Shown in pieces: positions 30,480 to 41,179 of a stretch of 42,830 nt of DNA. This DNA is from Chloroflexia bacterium. Lineage in GTDB: Bacteria; Chloroflexota; Chloroflexia; Thermomicrobiales; UBA6265. How positions within the stretch are numbered: the stretch's first letter is position 1; each line of letters begins with the position of its first letter. The notes below the pieces were generated by a model. That model saw nothing but the letters and a program-made list of their open reading frames with translations, was not told where the DNA came from and made no database searches. A program made the translations under genes and the position numbers. The stretch lies in assembly GCA_013697005.1 (NCBI GenBank), contig JACCXM010000033.1, forward strand, positions 1 to 42,830. The letters run 5' to 3'.

Positions 30480-31943
30480 TCAACCAGCCGGAGGAACCGC
30501 TTCGGGTCCCTGCCGGTGGCGGGTTCTGACCCGGAGATGGCGCAATTGTTGATTTCTCCGGGCGCGAACGAGCCCATATGAGCCGACCGCGATAAGGAGG
30601 ATTGCGACTCCAGTGAGTACCGTCACGACTCCCAGAATGTCGGCAGCCGCGGCGGCGAAAAAGATCGGGATGAATGAGACAACGCTCGTGACTGTAAAGA
30701 ACGTCGCGTAAACCCTGGCCCTGATATGCTCGTGTGAACGCTCTTGCAAAATCGTCTGCGAGGGCACCAGCACCAGTGCATTACACACCCCAAGCACCGC
30801 TGCCAGCAATCCGGCTACCACCACCTCCAACATACGGGGAACTTCGGCTGGCATCAAGATCGTGGTGAGAATCGCTCGGCTCAATGCCAGCAGCAGCAGT
30901 GATAATCCTCCGACAACCACTGCCCAATCAATTAACGCCTCCCGCGGGAAACGGCGGACCAGTCGCGGCACGATTACCACGCCCACGATCACGCCGAAAC
31001 CACCCGGTGCAACTAGGTACCCAATATCACTGGGCGGCAGTCCAACCACGGTTGCCACAAAATTCGGCGCCAGCGCCGCGATCAACATGAATATCGTGGT
31101 CGCGAACGTCAAATAGGCGATCGATTTGATCAAGATCGGATCTTGCTTGATGTAATCAAGCCCTTCTCGGATGTCAGCCCAAATCCGCCGGAATAGATGG
31201 GCGGGTTCATCCTGGCTGAGCCGTTTCGGCAAGGGCATAGGCGGCAACCAAACCGTCAACAACGCCGAAATGATGAATGCCGCCATCGTCACCATGAAAA
31301 GCGTATCGACGCCCAGTGCCTGAGAGAGGAGCGGCCCCAGAATCGCGAAGCCAAGAAGCTGAGTTGCGGTAAAGGTCAAGTTGAACAGGGCGTTGGCGGT
31401 GGTGAGCTGATCCCGTGGCACCAGTGCCGGAATCGAAGCCCCCTGTGCCGGCATGAAGAACTGGCCCGCCGCCCCAAACAGAAACGAGATCGAATAGTAG
31501 GATGCCAGCGCGATCTGCACCGGCCAGGACGGTTGGACGAGCAGGAACAGCAAGACTAACGCGGCGCGCACGATATTGGTAATGATCATCAACGTGCGCC
31601 GGCTCATGCGGTCCGCTACCGCGCCGGCGATCGGACCGAAGACCACGGCCGGAAGCGAAAACGCCAGGATGACGAAACTCACCGCTGTGTTCGCCTGCGA
31701 TACCTCGTGAAAATCAACCGCCTCGCCGACACGCAGCAGCAAGGAAAAGTCGACCATGCTATTCGCGGTTTGGGAGACTGCCTGGGCGATCCACAGGCGG
31801 AGGAATGGATAGTTCCCAAGCACGGCCCGAAACGAGCCCTGATTTTGCGGTCGGAGCACTCTGCGGGTCTTACTTACTGGTGGCGCGGTTCCCGCTGAGG
31901 TATCTGGTTCAGGGGTCACCGGCCCGTAATCCGGACTGCTCAA
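30480..31943 (-). CDS. MFS transporter (DHA3-like)
   Basis: About 12 TM segments, with [21 protein letters not shown] (motif A) and EGLDYI. Confidence 0.9.
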   Translation of the reverse strand: MSSPDYGPVTPEPDTSAGTAPPVSKTRRVLRPQNQGSFRAVLGNYPFLRLWIAQAVSQTANSMVDFSLLLRVGEAVDFHEVSQANTAVSFVILAFSLPAVVFGPIAGAVADRMSRRTLMIITNIVRAALVLLFLLVQPSWPVQIALASYYSISFLFGAAGQFFMPAQGASIPALVPRDQLTTANALFNLTFTATQLLGFAILGPLLSQALGVDTLFMVTMAAFIISALLTVWLPPMPLPKRLSQDEPAHLFRRIWADIREGLDYIKQDPILIKSIAYLTFATTIFMLIAALAPNFVATVVGLPPSDIGYLVAPGGFGVIVGVVIVPRLVRRFPREALIDWAVVVGGLSLLLLALSRAILTTILMPAEVPRMLEVVVAGLLAAVLGVCNALVLVPSQTILQERSHEHIRARVYATFFTVTSVVSFIPIFFAAAAADILGVVTVLTGVAILLIAVGSYGLVRARRNQQLRHLRVRTRHRQGPEAVPPAG

Positions 31944-32209
31944 GAGTGGCCCTCGATGCTGGCGGCAACGGCGGCAGACTCACGACACGTGTTTGCATCT
32001 TCGGCCATCAGGCCGCGCTCGAGGAATTGCTTGAGACGCCGCTCCAGCTCCCGCCGCGGCAGAAGCACTCGCCGCCCGCAGCGGAGACATTTTAATCCGA
32101 TATCGGCGCCCAATCGCACGACGGCCCAATCAAAACCGCCACAAGGGTGTGATTTCTTCAATCGCACCACATCGCCGAGGATGAACGGAACTGGGTCTTT
32201 GCTCACCAT
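31940..32209 (-). CDS. DUF951 family protein
   Basis: Motif [41 protein letters not shown]. Confidence 0.88.
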   Translation of the reverse strand: MVSKDPVPFILGDVVRLKKSHPCGGFDWAVVRLGADIGLKCLRCGRRVLLPRRELERRLKQFLERGLMAEDANTCRESAAVAASIEGHS

Positions 32210-32257
32210 GTGACGTATCGAAACTGGATTGGACTGTAATCGGGCCGGAAATCCGTA

Positions 32258-32560
32258 CTACATCAATCCGGGAATCCGCATGCCACCGGTGAGCGCGCCC
32301 ATTTTATCTTCGGCCAGCGCGGTGGCACGATTCATCGCGTCCTGGATGGCCACTGTCACTAAGTCCTCGAGGACTTCAACATCATTAGGGTCGACGACGC
32401 TCGGGTCGATCGAAATACCTCGAAAGTCACGCGCCCCTGTCACTTGCGCTTTTACTACTCCCCCGCCTGCCGCACCCTCAACGACCGTCTCCGCAAGCTC
32501 CTTCTGCATCGACTCGAGCCGCGTTTGCATCTGTTGAATCATCTTCATGTTTACGCTCAT
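32258..32560 (-). CDS. ybaB: YbaB/EbfC nucleoid-associated protein
   Basis: Motifs GAAGGGVVKAQVTG, IDPSVVDPNDVEVLEDLV and TGGMRIPGL. Confidence 0.92.
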   Translation of the reverse strand: MSVNMKMIQQMQTRLESMQKELAETVVEGAAGGGVVKAQVTGARDFRGISIDPSVVDPNDVEVLEDLVTVAIQDAMNRATALAEDKMGALTGGMRIPGLM

Positions 32561-32651
32561 GGCGCGGCTCCTTCATTCCGTATCTGTCGGCCACTTCAGG
32601 TCAGCGCTTAACGGTCGGTCCTGGAGTATAGCAATCAGTCCGGAGGTATCT

Positions 32652-34421
32652 TTATTGATGCCGGATCCTGACATTTTTTGCTTCGCTTGCCCGGTCGATC
32701 ATCTCCTCCGCGTTTTGTCGCGCCGTGTCAGAAACGGGGAGACCGTCGAGCATCGCGGCCAACTCCCCGACCCGAGCCGACGATTCGAGCTCAGTGAACT
32801 TCGAGATCGCGCGCCCCTCGCGATCTCCTTTCTCGATCCGAAAATGCGTGTCGGCAAATGCCGCGATTTGTGGGAGATGAGTAATGACGATAACTTGATG
32901 ATCGTTCGTCAGGCTCCAAAGTGTTTCACCAACAACTTGCCCAGACCGTCCACCAACACCCACGTCGATTTCGTCGAAAACGAGCGTTGGCGTTTGATCG
33001 ACTTCAGACAGAATCGACTTGAGCGCCAGCATCAATCGCGCCGTTTCGCCGCCCGACGCGATCCTGCTCAACGGTTTCAAATCCTCTCCGCTATTCGGGG
33101 CTATCATGAACGTAATTCGGTCGATTCCGAAGGTATCGGCGGCGAAGCTTTTGATGATCTCACGGGTTCCCCCAACCGGAAGTCCCCGCGGATCTTCCAC
33201 CCTTTCCATAGCGACCGCGAACCGCGCGTTTCCCATGTTCAGTTTCGCAACCATGTTTTCTACCTCGGCCGCCAATGCGGCCGCCGCGGCAGACCTCATG
33301 GCCGAGAGCTCTTCCGCAAGTGCACCACTCTCCTGCGCCAATTCGGCTTCTCTGGCAGCTAGCGTCTCGGCGTTCGACTCCGCCCCCTCCAAGCGCGCCA
33401 GCTCTTCCTCCGCCTCCCGCGCGCAGTCGAGGATCGCGGCGATGTCCGCCCCGTATTTCCGCTTGAGCTGACGAATCTCCGCAAGACGCTCCTCAACGAT
33501 CTCCAGGCGGTCAGGGTCCGCCTCGATCGCGTCTCGGTAATCCCTGATATCGCTCGCAATGTCTTCGACGAGATAGAGCACTTCTGCTGCCCGCGCCGCG
33601 ACAGTGGTCGACTCCGGGTCTATAGCGGTCAAGTCATTGAGCGTTTGCGCAGCAGATCTGAGGGAGGGAAGCGCCGCACCGTTGGCGGCGATTTCGTCGA
33701 CGCCAACAAGTGCCGCGTATGCCGCTCCTGCATCGCGCGCCAGTCGATCCGCGTTGGCGAGCCGCATGCGCTCGGCTTCAAGTTCTGGTTCTTCTCCGCT
33801 TCGCAGGTTGGCGTTGGCAATTTCGTCAACTTGGTATCGCAACAGGTCGGTCCGCTGTATTCGCTCCCGCGCGCCTGTAACTGTCTGCTCCAGAGAAGCG
33901 CGAGTAGCTCGCAGCGCCGCGAAGCTCTTGCCGTATTGGTCTCGCGTTTCCGTGACTCGCGCGAAGCGATCGAGGAGTTCTCGTTGCGCCGAGGTGTTCA
34001 GGAGCGACAAGTGATCGCTTTGGCCGTGGATATCCACCAGCAACGAACCCACCTGGGAAAGGATTGTTGCGGTCGTCGGCCTGCCATTGAGTCGCGCACC
34101 GCTGCGTCCCCCGCTTTGGATTTCCCGGCCGAGAATCAAATCGCTTCCAGGTTCCGCGATCCCAAGCTCCGCGAGCAGACTCAATACGGAACCACGGTTG
34201 GAACACTGATCGAGATCGAACGTAGCGTCGATGGTCGCGGCGCGCGTTCCGGTGCGTACCATGTCGGAATGAACGCGATCGCCGAGGACTGCCCCAAGGG
34301 CATCGATGAGGATCGATTTACCCGCGCCGGTTTCGCCCGTCAGCACATTGAGCCCGGCGCCAAAGCCGATCCTCACTGCCTCGATGATGGCAAAGTTTTG
34401 GATTGCGAGTTCAACCAGCAT
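32652..34421 (-). CDS. recN: DNA repair protein RecN
   Basis: Motifs LTGETGAGKSILIDAL, IHGQ, ASGGETAR, FDEIDVGVGG and ITHLPQIAA. Confidence 0.97.
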   Translation of the reverse strand: MLVELAIQNFAIIEAVRIGFGAGLNVLTGETGAGKSILIDALGAVLGDRVHSDMVRTGTRAATIDATFDLDQCSNRGSVLSLLAELGIAEPGSDLILGREIQSGGRSGARLNGRPTTATILSQVGSLLVDIHGQSDHLSLLNTSAQRELLDRFARVTETRDQYGKSFAALRATRASLEQTVTGARERIQRTDLLRYQVDEIANANLRSGEEPELEAERMRLANADRLARDAGAAYAALVGVDEIAANGAALPSLRSAAQTLNDLTAIDPESTTVAARAAEVLYLVEDIASDIRDYRDAIEADPDRLEIVEERLAEIRQLKRKYGADIAAILDCAREAEEELARLEGAESNAETLAAREAELAQESGALAEELSAMRSAAAAALAAEVENMVAKLNMGNARFAVAMERVEDPRGLPVGGTREIIKSFAADTFGIDRITFMIAPNSGEDLKPLSRIASGGETARLMLALKSILSEVDQTPTLVFDEIDVGVGGRSGQVVGETLWSLTNDHQVIVITHLPQIAAFADTHFRIEKGDREGRAISKFTELESSARVGELAAMLDGLPVSDTARQNAEEMIDRASEAKNVRIRHQ

Positions 34422-34463
34422 CGATCGTGTCTTGGACGACGAACCCGTTGGGTCGCTTGATTC

Positions 34464-36758
34464 CTAGTCGGCGGCGGTCGCCGGAGCCCTTTCCCACAGC
34501 GCCTCGGACACCGCCTCCGGCCGTATCGGGAGGCACAGCAACCGCGTCCCCGTCACATCGCGAATCGCGTTCGCTACTGTCGCGGCGCCAGGAATTGCAG
34601 GCGGCTCGCCAATGCCTTTTGCTCCATAGGCGCCATGTTCGGAGGCAACCTCCACCAGCACAGTTTCGATCCAGGGCGCCATTTCCGCGCGAGGGAGCGC
34701 ATAATCCATCAGGGTTGCGGTAAGCAACTGCCCGTCGTTGTCGTAGACCATACCCTCATAAAGCGCCCACCCGAGACCCTGGACGACGCCGCCGTGGATT
34801 TGCGCCTCGACTTCAGCCGGATTGATCGCGAACCCGACATCCTGCACGGCGACGTAGCGAACAGGACGCGTCACCCCCGTGACCTCGTCGATTTCCACTT
34901 CGACCAGATGCGCCGCAAACCCTGGGGCGCTTTCGCGAATTGCCGTCGACCCAGTGCCATAGACCGGCTCGTTCCTCGCCGCGAATCCCATCGTCCGCCC
35001 AGCGATATCTTTAAGCGACAGCCCGGATCCGGGGACACCGCGCACACGAACGGACCCGTCGACCATCTCGAGATCGTCCACTGAAGCTTCCAGGGCCTCG
35101 GATGCCACGGCGAGAATCTGCAGCATCGCGTCTTCCGCGGCGCGCTGCACGGCTTTGCCAACGGTGTACGTAATTTTGGAGCCGCCTGTACCACCTGCGA
35201 ACGGCGCGGCATCCGTCGGGGCCGTCGTGACCGCTATGTTTTCTGCGCTCATGTTGAACGTCTCGGCCGCAATTTGGGCAAACGCCGTATTCGTGCCAGT
35301 GAGATCGACGGAACCGAGAACAACAGTCAATTTCCCGTTTGAGTCGAGACGGCAGACGGCCGTCGCGGGCTCGATCCCTCCCGGCCATCCTCCGACCGCA
35401 ATACCAACCCCTCGCCCTTGCTCGCGGGCCGCATTGCGATTGATCCAGGCCGGGTGCTCTCTGAGCGCGAGGAGGCATTCTTTGAGACCTATCCGCGGCC
35501 AAGCCCCACCATTCGGTCGCTCGTCGCCCTCCACGGCGCAATTGCGTAGCCGAAACTCAAGCGGATCGAGATCGAGCTTGCGCGCAAGCTCATCGACCGC
35601 GGATTCGATGGCAAATGTGGCCTGCTGTGCTCCCGGTGCTCGGTATGCTCCCGCCCCCGGCTTGTTGGTCAGAACTTCGTGCCCCTTCAGCTCGAGATGG
35701 GGGAACCGGTAGTAGCCACCCAGCAGGATCGCGGCAATCTGGAGTGGCGAGCCGCCGCTAGAACCGGTGTCGAAGACAAGACGGGACTCGAGCGCGGTAA
35801 TATCACCGTCTTTGGTTGCTCCGAGTTTTATGGCGATACGGCAATCGGGTGCAGGATTGCCGGCTAGAAAGTCGTCCATCCGCGCGTACCGCAACAACAC
35901 CGGCCGGCCCACTGCAAGCGCGGCAGCGGCGACCATTGGCTCAATGAGCACAAATTTGCCGCCAAATCCACCGCCGACCGGCATCGGCACCACATTGACG
36001 CGCTGCGTCGGCATGCCAACCGTTTCCGCCACCCGTGTGCGGCAATAGAACGCGGCCTGGGTGCTGGTATAGACCGTTAAATCACCAAGCGGCTCAATGT
36101 CTACCAAACAGACTTGCGGTTCCAGATACCCTTGATGGACAGTCTGCGACTCGACGGTAAACTCGACGATGGCATCGGCTTTGGCAAATCCCGCCGCCAC
36201 ATCTCCGCGACTGAAATGCACGCTATTCGACACATTCGGCGCGACGAACTCGTCGTTCTCCTCAGCGTGTACGGCGGCATCCGCGTTATGCATAGCCGCC
36301 TCTTCATCGTTCGCTTGCTGCCGTGTTTCTCGAATATGCGGTGACGTTGGATCGAGCCCCTCGTCCAGTGTGGCAACCACCGGAAGCGGTTCGTAATCGA
36401 CGACCACGGCGACGACGCCGTCTTCGGCCGCGGCATCGGTCTCGGCCAGGACCAGTGCCACGAACTGGCCCACGTAAACCGCTTCATCCGAATCGATTGG
36501 CATCTTTACTGGCGCCCCACTCTCGTCTCGGGCCACAACGAGGTCATGCGAGGTGAGCACCCGTACCACGCCAGGGACGAGCAGCGCTTTCGATGCATCG
36601 ATGCCATTGATCCTTGCATGCGCGTAGGGGCTCGTTACCGGACGAGCAATGAGCATCCCCGGCACGCGCAAGTCTCCGGTGAATCGCTCTTGGCCAGTCA
36701 GTTTGGGCGGCGCGTCGATGCGTCGCACACGTTGACCTACGGCACGGGTTTCGACCAT
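34464..36758 (-). CDS. Xanthine dehydrogenase family molybdopterin-binding subunit
   Basis: Motifs HQGYLEP, GGGFGGK, AYRAPG, QIHGGVVQGLG and GAKGIGEPP. Confidence 0.92.
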   Translation of the reverse strand: MVETRAVGQRVRRIDAPPKLTGQERFTGDLRVPGMLIARPVTSPYAHARINGIDASKALLVPGVVRVLTSHDLVVARDESGAPVKMPIDSDEAVYVGQFVALVLAETDAAAEDGVVAVVVDYEPLPVVATLDEGLDPTSPHIRETRQQANDEEAAMHNADAAVHAEENDEFVAPNVSNSVHFSRGDVAAGFAKADAIVEFTVESQTVHQGYLEPQVCLVDIEPLGDLTVYTSTQAAFYCRTRVAETVGMPTQRVNVVPMPVGGGFGGKFVLIEPMVAAAALAVGRPVLLRYARMDDFLAGNPAPDCRIAIKLGATKDGDITALESRLVFDTGSSGGSPLQIAAILLGGYYRFPHLELKGHEVLTNKPGAGAYRAPGAQQATFAIESAVDELARKLDLDPLEFRLRNCAVEGDERPNGGAWPRIGLKECLLALREHPAWINRNAAREQGRGVGIAVGGWPGGIEPATAVCRLDSNGKLTVVLGSVDLTGTNTAFAQIAAETFNMSAENIAVTTAPTDAAPFAGGTGGSKITYTVGKAVQRAAEDAMLQILAVASEALEASVDDLEMVDGSVRVRGVPGSGLSLKDIAGRTMGFAARNEPVYGTGSTAIRESAPGFAAHLVEVEIDEVTGVTRPVRYVAVQDVGFAINPAEVEAQIHGGVVQGLGWALYEGMVYDNDGQLLTATLMDYALPRAEMAPWIETVLVEVASEHGAYGAKGIGEPPAIPGAATVANAIRDVTGTRLLCLPIRPEAVSEALWERAPATAAD

Positions 36759-36870
36759 CGACCTCGTCCTTGGGTGAGTACCAACATGCGCGATAGGTCA
36801 CTTCCCACCTCGCGCTTCGATTCTAGCATCGAGGACCAGTGACAGGTTCTGGGCTGCTCCCTGTCCCGCG

Positions 36871-37167
36871 TCACCCCTCCGCGTCGAGAACGTCACGTGG
36901 TCCCCACTCGCGGACTTGAAAAGGCGTGGCATCCATTTCGTCGAGAAAACCGAAATCGGCAAGGATTGCCCGGACGTCGTCGGCCGACATGGCCTCCCAA
37001 AGGGTAAAAATCCGATCGTCGTGCAGATCGGGCGACCAAGTCTTCAGCCAGCGCGGTGAGCGTTCATTGTCCAGCGACAATTCCGCCAATTCACGGAGTC
37101 GCGTCGGCGGCCGCACCACATCGACGTCAGCAGCTCTCGGGGAATGCTCAACAAAATACAACGCCAC
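36871..37167 (-). CDS. Small conserved protein, DUF4242-like
   Basis: The pattern LYFVEH...WLKTWS...RIFTLWEA.S.DDVR resembles DUF4242. GTG start after GGAG, co-directional with its neighbours. Confidence 0.6.
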   Translation of the reverse strand: MALYFVEHSPRAADVDVVRPPTRLRELAELSLDNERSPRWLKTWSPDLHDDRIFTLWEAMSADDVRAILADFGFLDEMDATPFQVREWGPRDVLDAEG

Positions 37168-37202
37168 CGGGACACTCCCCTGTTTTGCGCGATCTCCTCC
37201 GT

Positions 37203-38372
37203 TTATTGCCCGCCGCGACGGCCACCGCGGCGACGCCTCCGCCGCCGAACCACCGGTGCCATTAGTTCTTGGGGTGCCTTCTGCACGGAAAGAGACGCTT
37301 CTGGATCGGCAGGTTCCTCAGGCAGAGCTGGCAGTGCCACGACGGTCACGGGATCGATTCTCACCTTTCGATCCATTCCAAAATCGACTTCGCTGGAAGG
37401 GAAGGCAACCTCGGCCAAGTCGTTCTCCAGTCTGACCGTAACTAATTCCTTGAGCAGATGCATCGAAACGACCTGTCCAGCACCACGCGACGTTTCCACC
37501 ACTTGACCGAGTTTCGGCATCACGGCCTTCATTTGGCGATATTGCTCGTTTTCATATGAAAGACAGCAGAGGAGGCGGCCACACACCCCTGACACCTTTG
37601 TCGGATTGAGCGGCAGGTCCTGATTCTTTGCCATACTCATCGAGATTTCCGGATACACCGGAAGCCACGACGAACAGCACAGAGTTCGTCCACAACGACC
37701 CAGGCCGCCGAGCAGACGCGCCTCGTCCCGCGGTCCGACCTGGCGAAGCTCGACTCGACAACCAAGACGTTCGGCGAGTTCCCGCGCCAGTTCGCGCAAC
37801 ATCCCAGAGTCAGGTCCACGCTCCCGATCCGGCACCGAATAGCTCAATGTTACGGCCAGACCATCGAAATCATATTCAGCTGAGATGACCTTCATGCCCA
37901 GCCGTCGCGCTCGGACACGTTCCCCAAACGTCTTGACGGCGTTGGCGGTCCTCGTTTTTTGCGCCGCCATGTGCCCGGCATCATCGTTGTCGAGGCGGCG
38001 CACCACGTTCCCGAGTTCACCGTGCAGCATGGCCTGCCGCACCAGATGCGCGGCGATAACGACCCGTGCTGCCTCTTGACCGCGTTCGGTTGCCACGACG
38101 ACCCAGTCGCCAACATGCACGTCGTCCTGAGCAGAGCGGAAGTAATACACGCGCCCAGAGTCGCGAAAGCGGACCCCAATGACGCACTCGACCGGCGAAT
38201 TATCGTGATCGCCGACCACCCGATCATCCGCCCCGCAACCGCACTCCCCTATCTGTTGACCCGATTCGAGCCGGCTCTTGAAACGCTCTCGGGCACGGGC
38301 GCGGGCCTCATCAATCGACGCTGGCGGCAACCACGGGTCACTCAAGCCTGCTGAAGTTCCAGATTCGGCCAT
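37203..38372 (-). CDS. ricT: PSP1-domain Fe-S protein RicT/YaaT
   Basis: Motifs GVRFRDSGRVYYF, RVELRQVGPRDEARLLGGLGRCGRTLCC and KVSGVCGRLLCCLSYE. Start estimated at MAESG. Confidence 0.88.
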   Translation of the reverse strand: MAESGTSAGLSDPWLPPASIDEARARARERFKSRLESGQQIGECGCGADDRVVGDHDNSPVECVIGVRFRDSGRVYYFRSAQDDVHVGDWVVVATERGQEAARVVIAAHLVRQAMLHGELGNVVRRLDNDDAGHMAAQKTRTANAVKTFGERVRARRLGMKVISAEYDFDGLAVTLSYSVPDRERGPDSGMLRELARELAERLGCRVELRQVGPRDEARLLGGLGRCGRTLCCSSWLPVYPEISMSMAKNQDLPLNPTKVSGVCGRLLCCLSYENEQYRQMKAVMPKLGQVVETSRGAGQVVSMHLLKELVTVRLENDLAEVAFPSSEVDFGMDRKVRIDPVTVVALPALPEEPADPEASLSVQKAPQELMAPVVRRRRRRRGGRRGGQ

Positions 38373-39400
38373 TGCATCACCATCGTTTCGAGAGCCAGTC
38401 GAGGCCGTACGTTGGCTTCGAGATCGCTGAGGCATTGCAGGGAAGCCGTTATTGACCTGCTGATCGCCAACGGCGAGTTCTTGACACCTGTGGCGCCAGT
38501 AGGCGCGGCAACCTCTTCCGCACCGGCGGCCGCATCGATCATGCGTGCGCGCAGGATTTGCACCACGGTTTGCACGACCGCCAGGACATCAGAGCGCTTC
38601 TTACCGAATCGCTCACCCATCGTGAACGCCGTCACCAGGCGATTGTACCGGGAGGCATCGATCCATGTCGTCGCGGCGTCCCACTCCGCACGCCGCGCTT
38701 TCAGCATAGTCCCTTCAACCGCTGCTGCACGCGCCCAAGCGGGACAGCCCCGGCTCAATACCGCAACCTCACGCGCGAGCGTAGCTTCCACACCCCGCTC
38801 CATGAGAAAAGAGCTGATGGCAACTTCTGGACGGGGCCGCACTGGGATCTGCTGGCATCGCGACCGTACCGTTTCCAGGAGTGTTTCGGGTTCGTCGCTC
38901 AGGAGCAACAGCGTCACCATCGCAGGTGGCTCTTCAAGTGTCTTCAGCAGCGCCTGCTGGGCCGGATGCAACAGTGTTTCCGCGTCATCAATAATCAGGA
39001 TGCGTCGCGAGGACTCCAACGGTAGCAGCGACGCCGATGAGCGCAAACTCCTCACCGTTTCGATGCTCAAACTTGCGCGCGACGAGCCTTTATCGATCAA
39101 CGCTGATTGCGATTCGAGATCGAAAGTCTCGACGTCAGGGTGCGCGCCGCGATCCACATTGCGGCACGCGCGACACTCGCCGCACGCCTGAGATGCATCG
39201 CCTTGCATGACAGTTGTACAGCAGATGGACTGTGCGAACGCCAGCGCAAGATCGGCCTTCCCAACGCCTTTGGGTCCCGCCAGGAGATAGGCGTGCCCGA
39301 TGTGGTTATTGCGCAGACACTCTCTCAGGCGCTCGGTTGCGAGTGGATCGGCCCAATCGGGCCAGCCCAGGACGCTGGATCGTTTCGAGTTCTGCGGCAT
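38342..39400 (-). CDS. holB: DNA polymerase III subunit delta'
   Basis: Motifs HAYLLAGPKGVGK, CGECRAC, HPD, ALLKTLEEPP and TVRSRC. ATG at 39400. Confidence 0.92.
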   Translation of the reverse strand: MPQNSKRSSVLGWPDWADPLATERLRECLRNNHIGHAYLLAGPKGVGKADLALAFAQSICCTTVMQGDASQACGECRACRNVDRGAHPDVETFDLESQSALIDKGSSRASLSIETVRSLRSSASLLPLESSRRILIIDDAETLLHPAQQALLKTLEEPPAMVTLLLLSDEPETLLETVRSRCQQIPVRPRPEVAISSFLMERGVEATLAREVAVLSRGCPAWARAAAVEGTMLKARRAEWDAATTWIDASRYNRLVTAFTMGERFGKKRSDVLAVVQTVVQILRARMIDAAAGAEEVAAPTGATGVKNSPLAISRSITASLQCLSDLEANVRPRLALETMVMQWPNLELQQA

Positions 39401-39401
39401 G

Positions 39402-40190
39402 TTACGCCGCCCGCCGCTTGACTGGCCGTCTCGTGGGAACTGCCTGTGGCGCGGCAAAAGCTCCCTCGCCGGTCAGGACTTCCACAATTCGTTGCCGTTG
39501 CGCGGATTGCAGGCTGGCATCGGATGGAAGCGACGCGATATACGGTCTGAGACCCTCACCATTCGTGACCGGGTAGTCTGGTTCAACAGCGTCGATCTTG
39601 ATGCGCGGATTGATGAATGCAATGACCGCGTCGACGTCAACCGGCCATTGGTCTTCGCCAAGTCGGTCCGATACCGCTTGCGTGTCGGCTTTGGCATCAG
39701 CCGTCGGATTGCCAAGATACGCTCCACCCATGCCGATAAATCGACTCAGACCCTGCCCGACTTTTCGCCAGCGACCGTCCCTATACGCCACGCCACCTGG
39801 CAATTCTCTCGCACTGATCGTCAACACTCCCCCTGGATGGATGAGAGCATGTTCCACAGTCCGCTTGCCTACCCGAGCGTAGTGAATCAAGGCATAACGG
39901 TCCCCGAGATCTTTCAGCAACGTATCGAGAATCACGTCGTTGCGCTGGGCTCGATTCCATTTTCCAACTTGCTGCATTCCGAGATGGAAAATGACTGTGC
40001 CCGCGAGCAAAGGAAGGTAAGCGATAAATATGCCGGACTGGCCGCCCGTCGAGGCGAGCCAGAACGCCGAGCCAAGGAGGGCGACGCCTGCGATTGCCGC
40101 CACCGTCGCGATACGCTTTCGCTTTCGCACATAGTCGACGTCGCGATAGACCTTCATTAGGGGATCAACCAGAAAATCGGCAAACCCCAT
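39402..40190 (-). CDS. Membrane-anchored hypothetical protein (possible NERD-like domain)
   Basis: Two N-terminal TM helices followed by a soluble domain (LIHY...VEHALIHPGGV...LGNP). It ends 1 nt before holB. Confidence 0.65.
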   Translation of the reverse strand: MGFADFLVDPLMKVYRDVDYVRKRKRIATVAAIAGVALLGSAFWLASTGGQSGIFIAYLPLLAGTVIFHLGMQQVGKWNRAQRNDVILDTLLKDLGDRYALIHYARVGKRTVEHALIHPGGVLTISARELPGGVAYRDGRWRKVGQGLSRFIGMGGAYLGNPTADAKADTQAVSDRLGEDQWPVDVDAVIAFINPRIKIDAVEPDYPVTNGEGLRPYIASLPSDASLQSAQRQRIVEVLTGEGAFAAPQAVPTRRPVKRRAA

Positions 40191-40273
40191 CGTGCTGTGC
40201 GAACTCGGCGAAAGTTGAAAAAGGCGGTCACGGCTGGGAGTGTATCACAGGGAAAGGCCATGACACGCTATGT

Positions 40274-41173
40274 CTACTGCGGAAGTCCGAAAGCGGATTC
40301 TGCCATCAATCTCATCCCCGCCAATTCGGCAATGATCGTGATCGCCAGCAAGGTTCCCCCACCCATCATCGGAAGGAAATCACCATATGAATAGCACGTC
40401 CACGCGCGTCCGCGGGCAAGAGCGAGTGCGACCATTCCGATCGCGGAAAAGACGAAGACTGTGGCGACAACAAGTCCCACGGCGAACGGAGTGAATAGGA
40501 TAGGCAGACCAGATACCACGAGCATTCCCAGCGTCGCCGCCATCACGAGCGAAGGGAATAGCTCCAGCGGACTCTCGACGACTGCCTGTCGGGCTTCGGG
40601 ATTGGCCCACAACGAAGAACCAATCAACCACGCGATCACGACTCCCACGGTATTGCCTCCCAGGATTCCGGTCACGAGCCGCAACTCGTTGGAGGGTTGG
40701 TACGGGTGTGGCAGACCAAGATCGAACGCCAGTGCGTTTACGCCGTCCGATCCGAGCAGTGCTATGAAGAACACCAGTACGCTGATCACGAGACGAGAAG
40801 GCATTCGTGTCGCGCGCAAACGGCCGGAGCCGATGAGCCACAAAAGTGAACAAACCGCTCCGATATAGAGTCCCGTCATCCGCGCGTCGAGCGGCAAGGT
40901 CGCGCCCCCCAGAACAAAACTGTGGCTAGGACGCTGTGAGCACAGCCCATGAAGGACAATTTGCGTCTTCGCCGCGATGCTCCCGGGAAACACAAGCAAC
41001 CCGGCCACCACGATCAGAACGATGGCGAGCGATAACAGGATTGCGCTTCTAGACGATGGTGGTATCTGATCGGTGTCGCGAATCATTGCCGTCAACGCGT
41101 ATCCTCCGGTGAATAGTGTCTGTGGCGACAGTGACCTCGCTTCGGCGAGAACGCACTTCGAATCTGGGGCCAT
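40274..41173 (-). CDS. DUF2085-like membrane protein
   Basis: Motifs GLCSQRPSHSF...LPLDARMTGLYIG, DGVN and RLVTG, with multiple TM helices. The start is uncertain and may be 41086. Confidence 0.75.
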   Translation of the reverse strand: MAPDSKCVLAEARSLSPQTLFTGGYALTAMIRDTDQIPPSSRSAILLSLAIVLIVVAGLLVFPGSIAAKTQIVLHGLCSQRPSHSFVLGGATLPLDARMTGLYIGAVCSLLWLIGSGRLRATRMPSRLVISVLVFFIALLGSDGVNALAFDLGLPHPYQPSNELRLVTGILGGNTVGVVIAWLIGSSLWANPEARQAVVESPLELFPSLVMAATLGMLVVSGLPILFTPFAVGLVVATVFVFSAIGMVALALARGRAWTCYSYGDFLPMMGGGTLLAITIIAELAGMRLMAESAFGLPQ

Positions 41174-41179
41174 TGGAAC

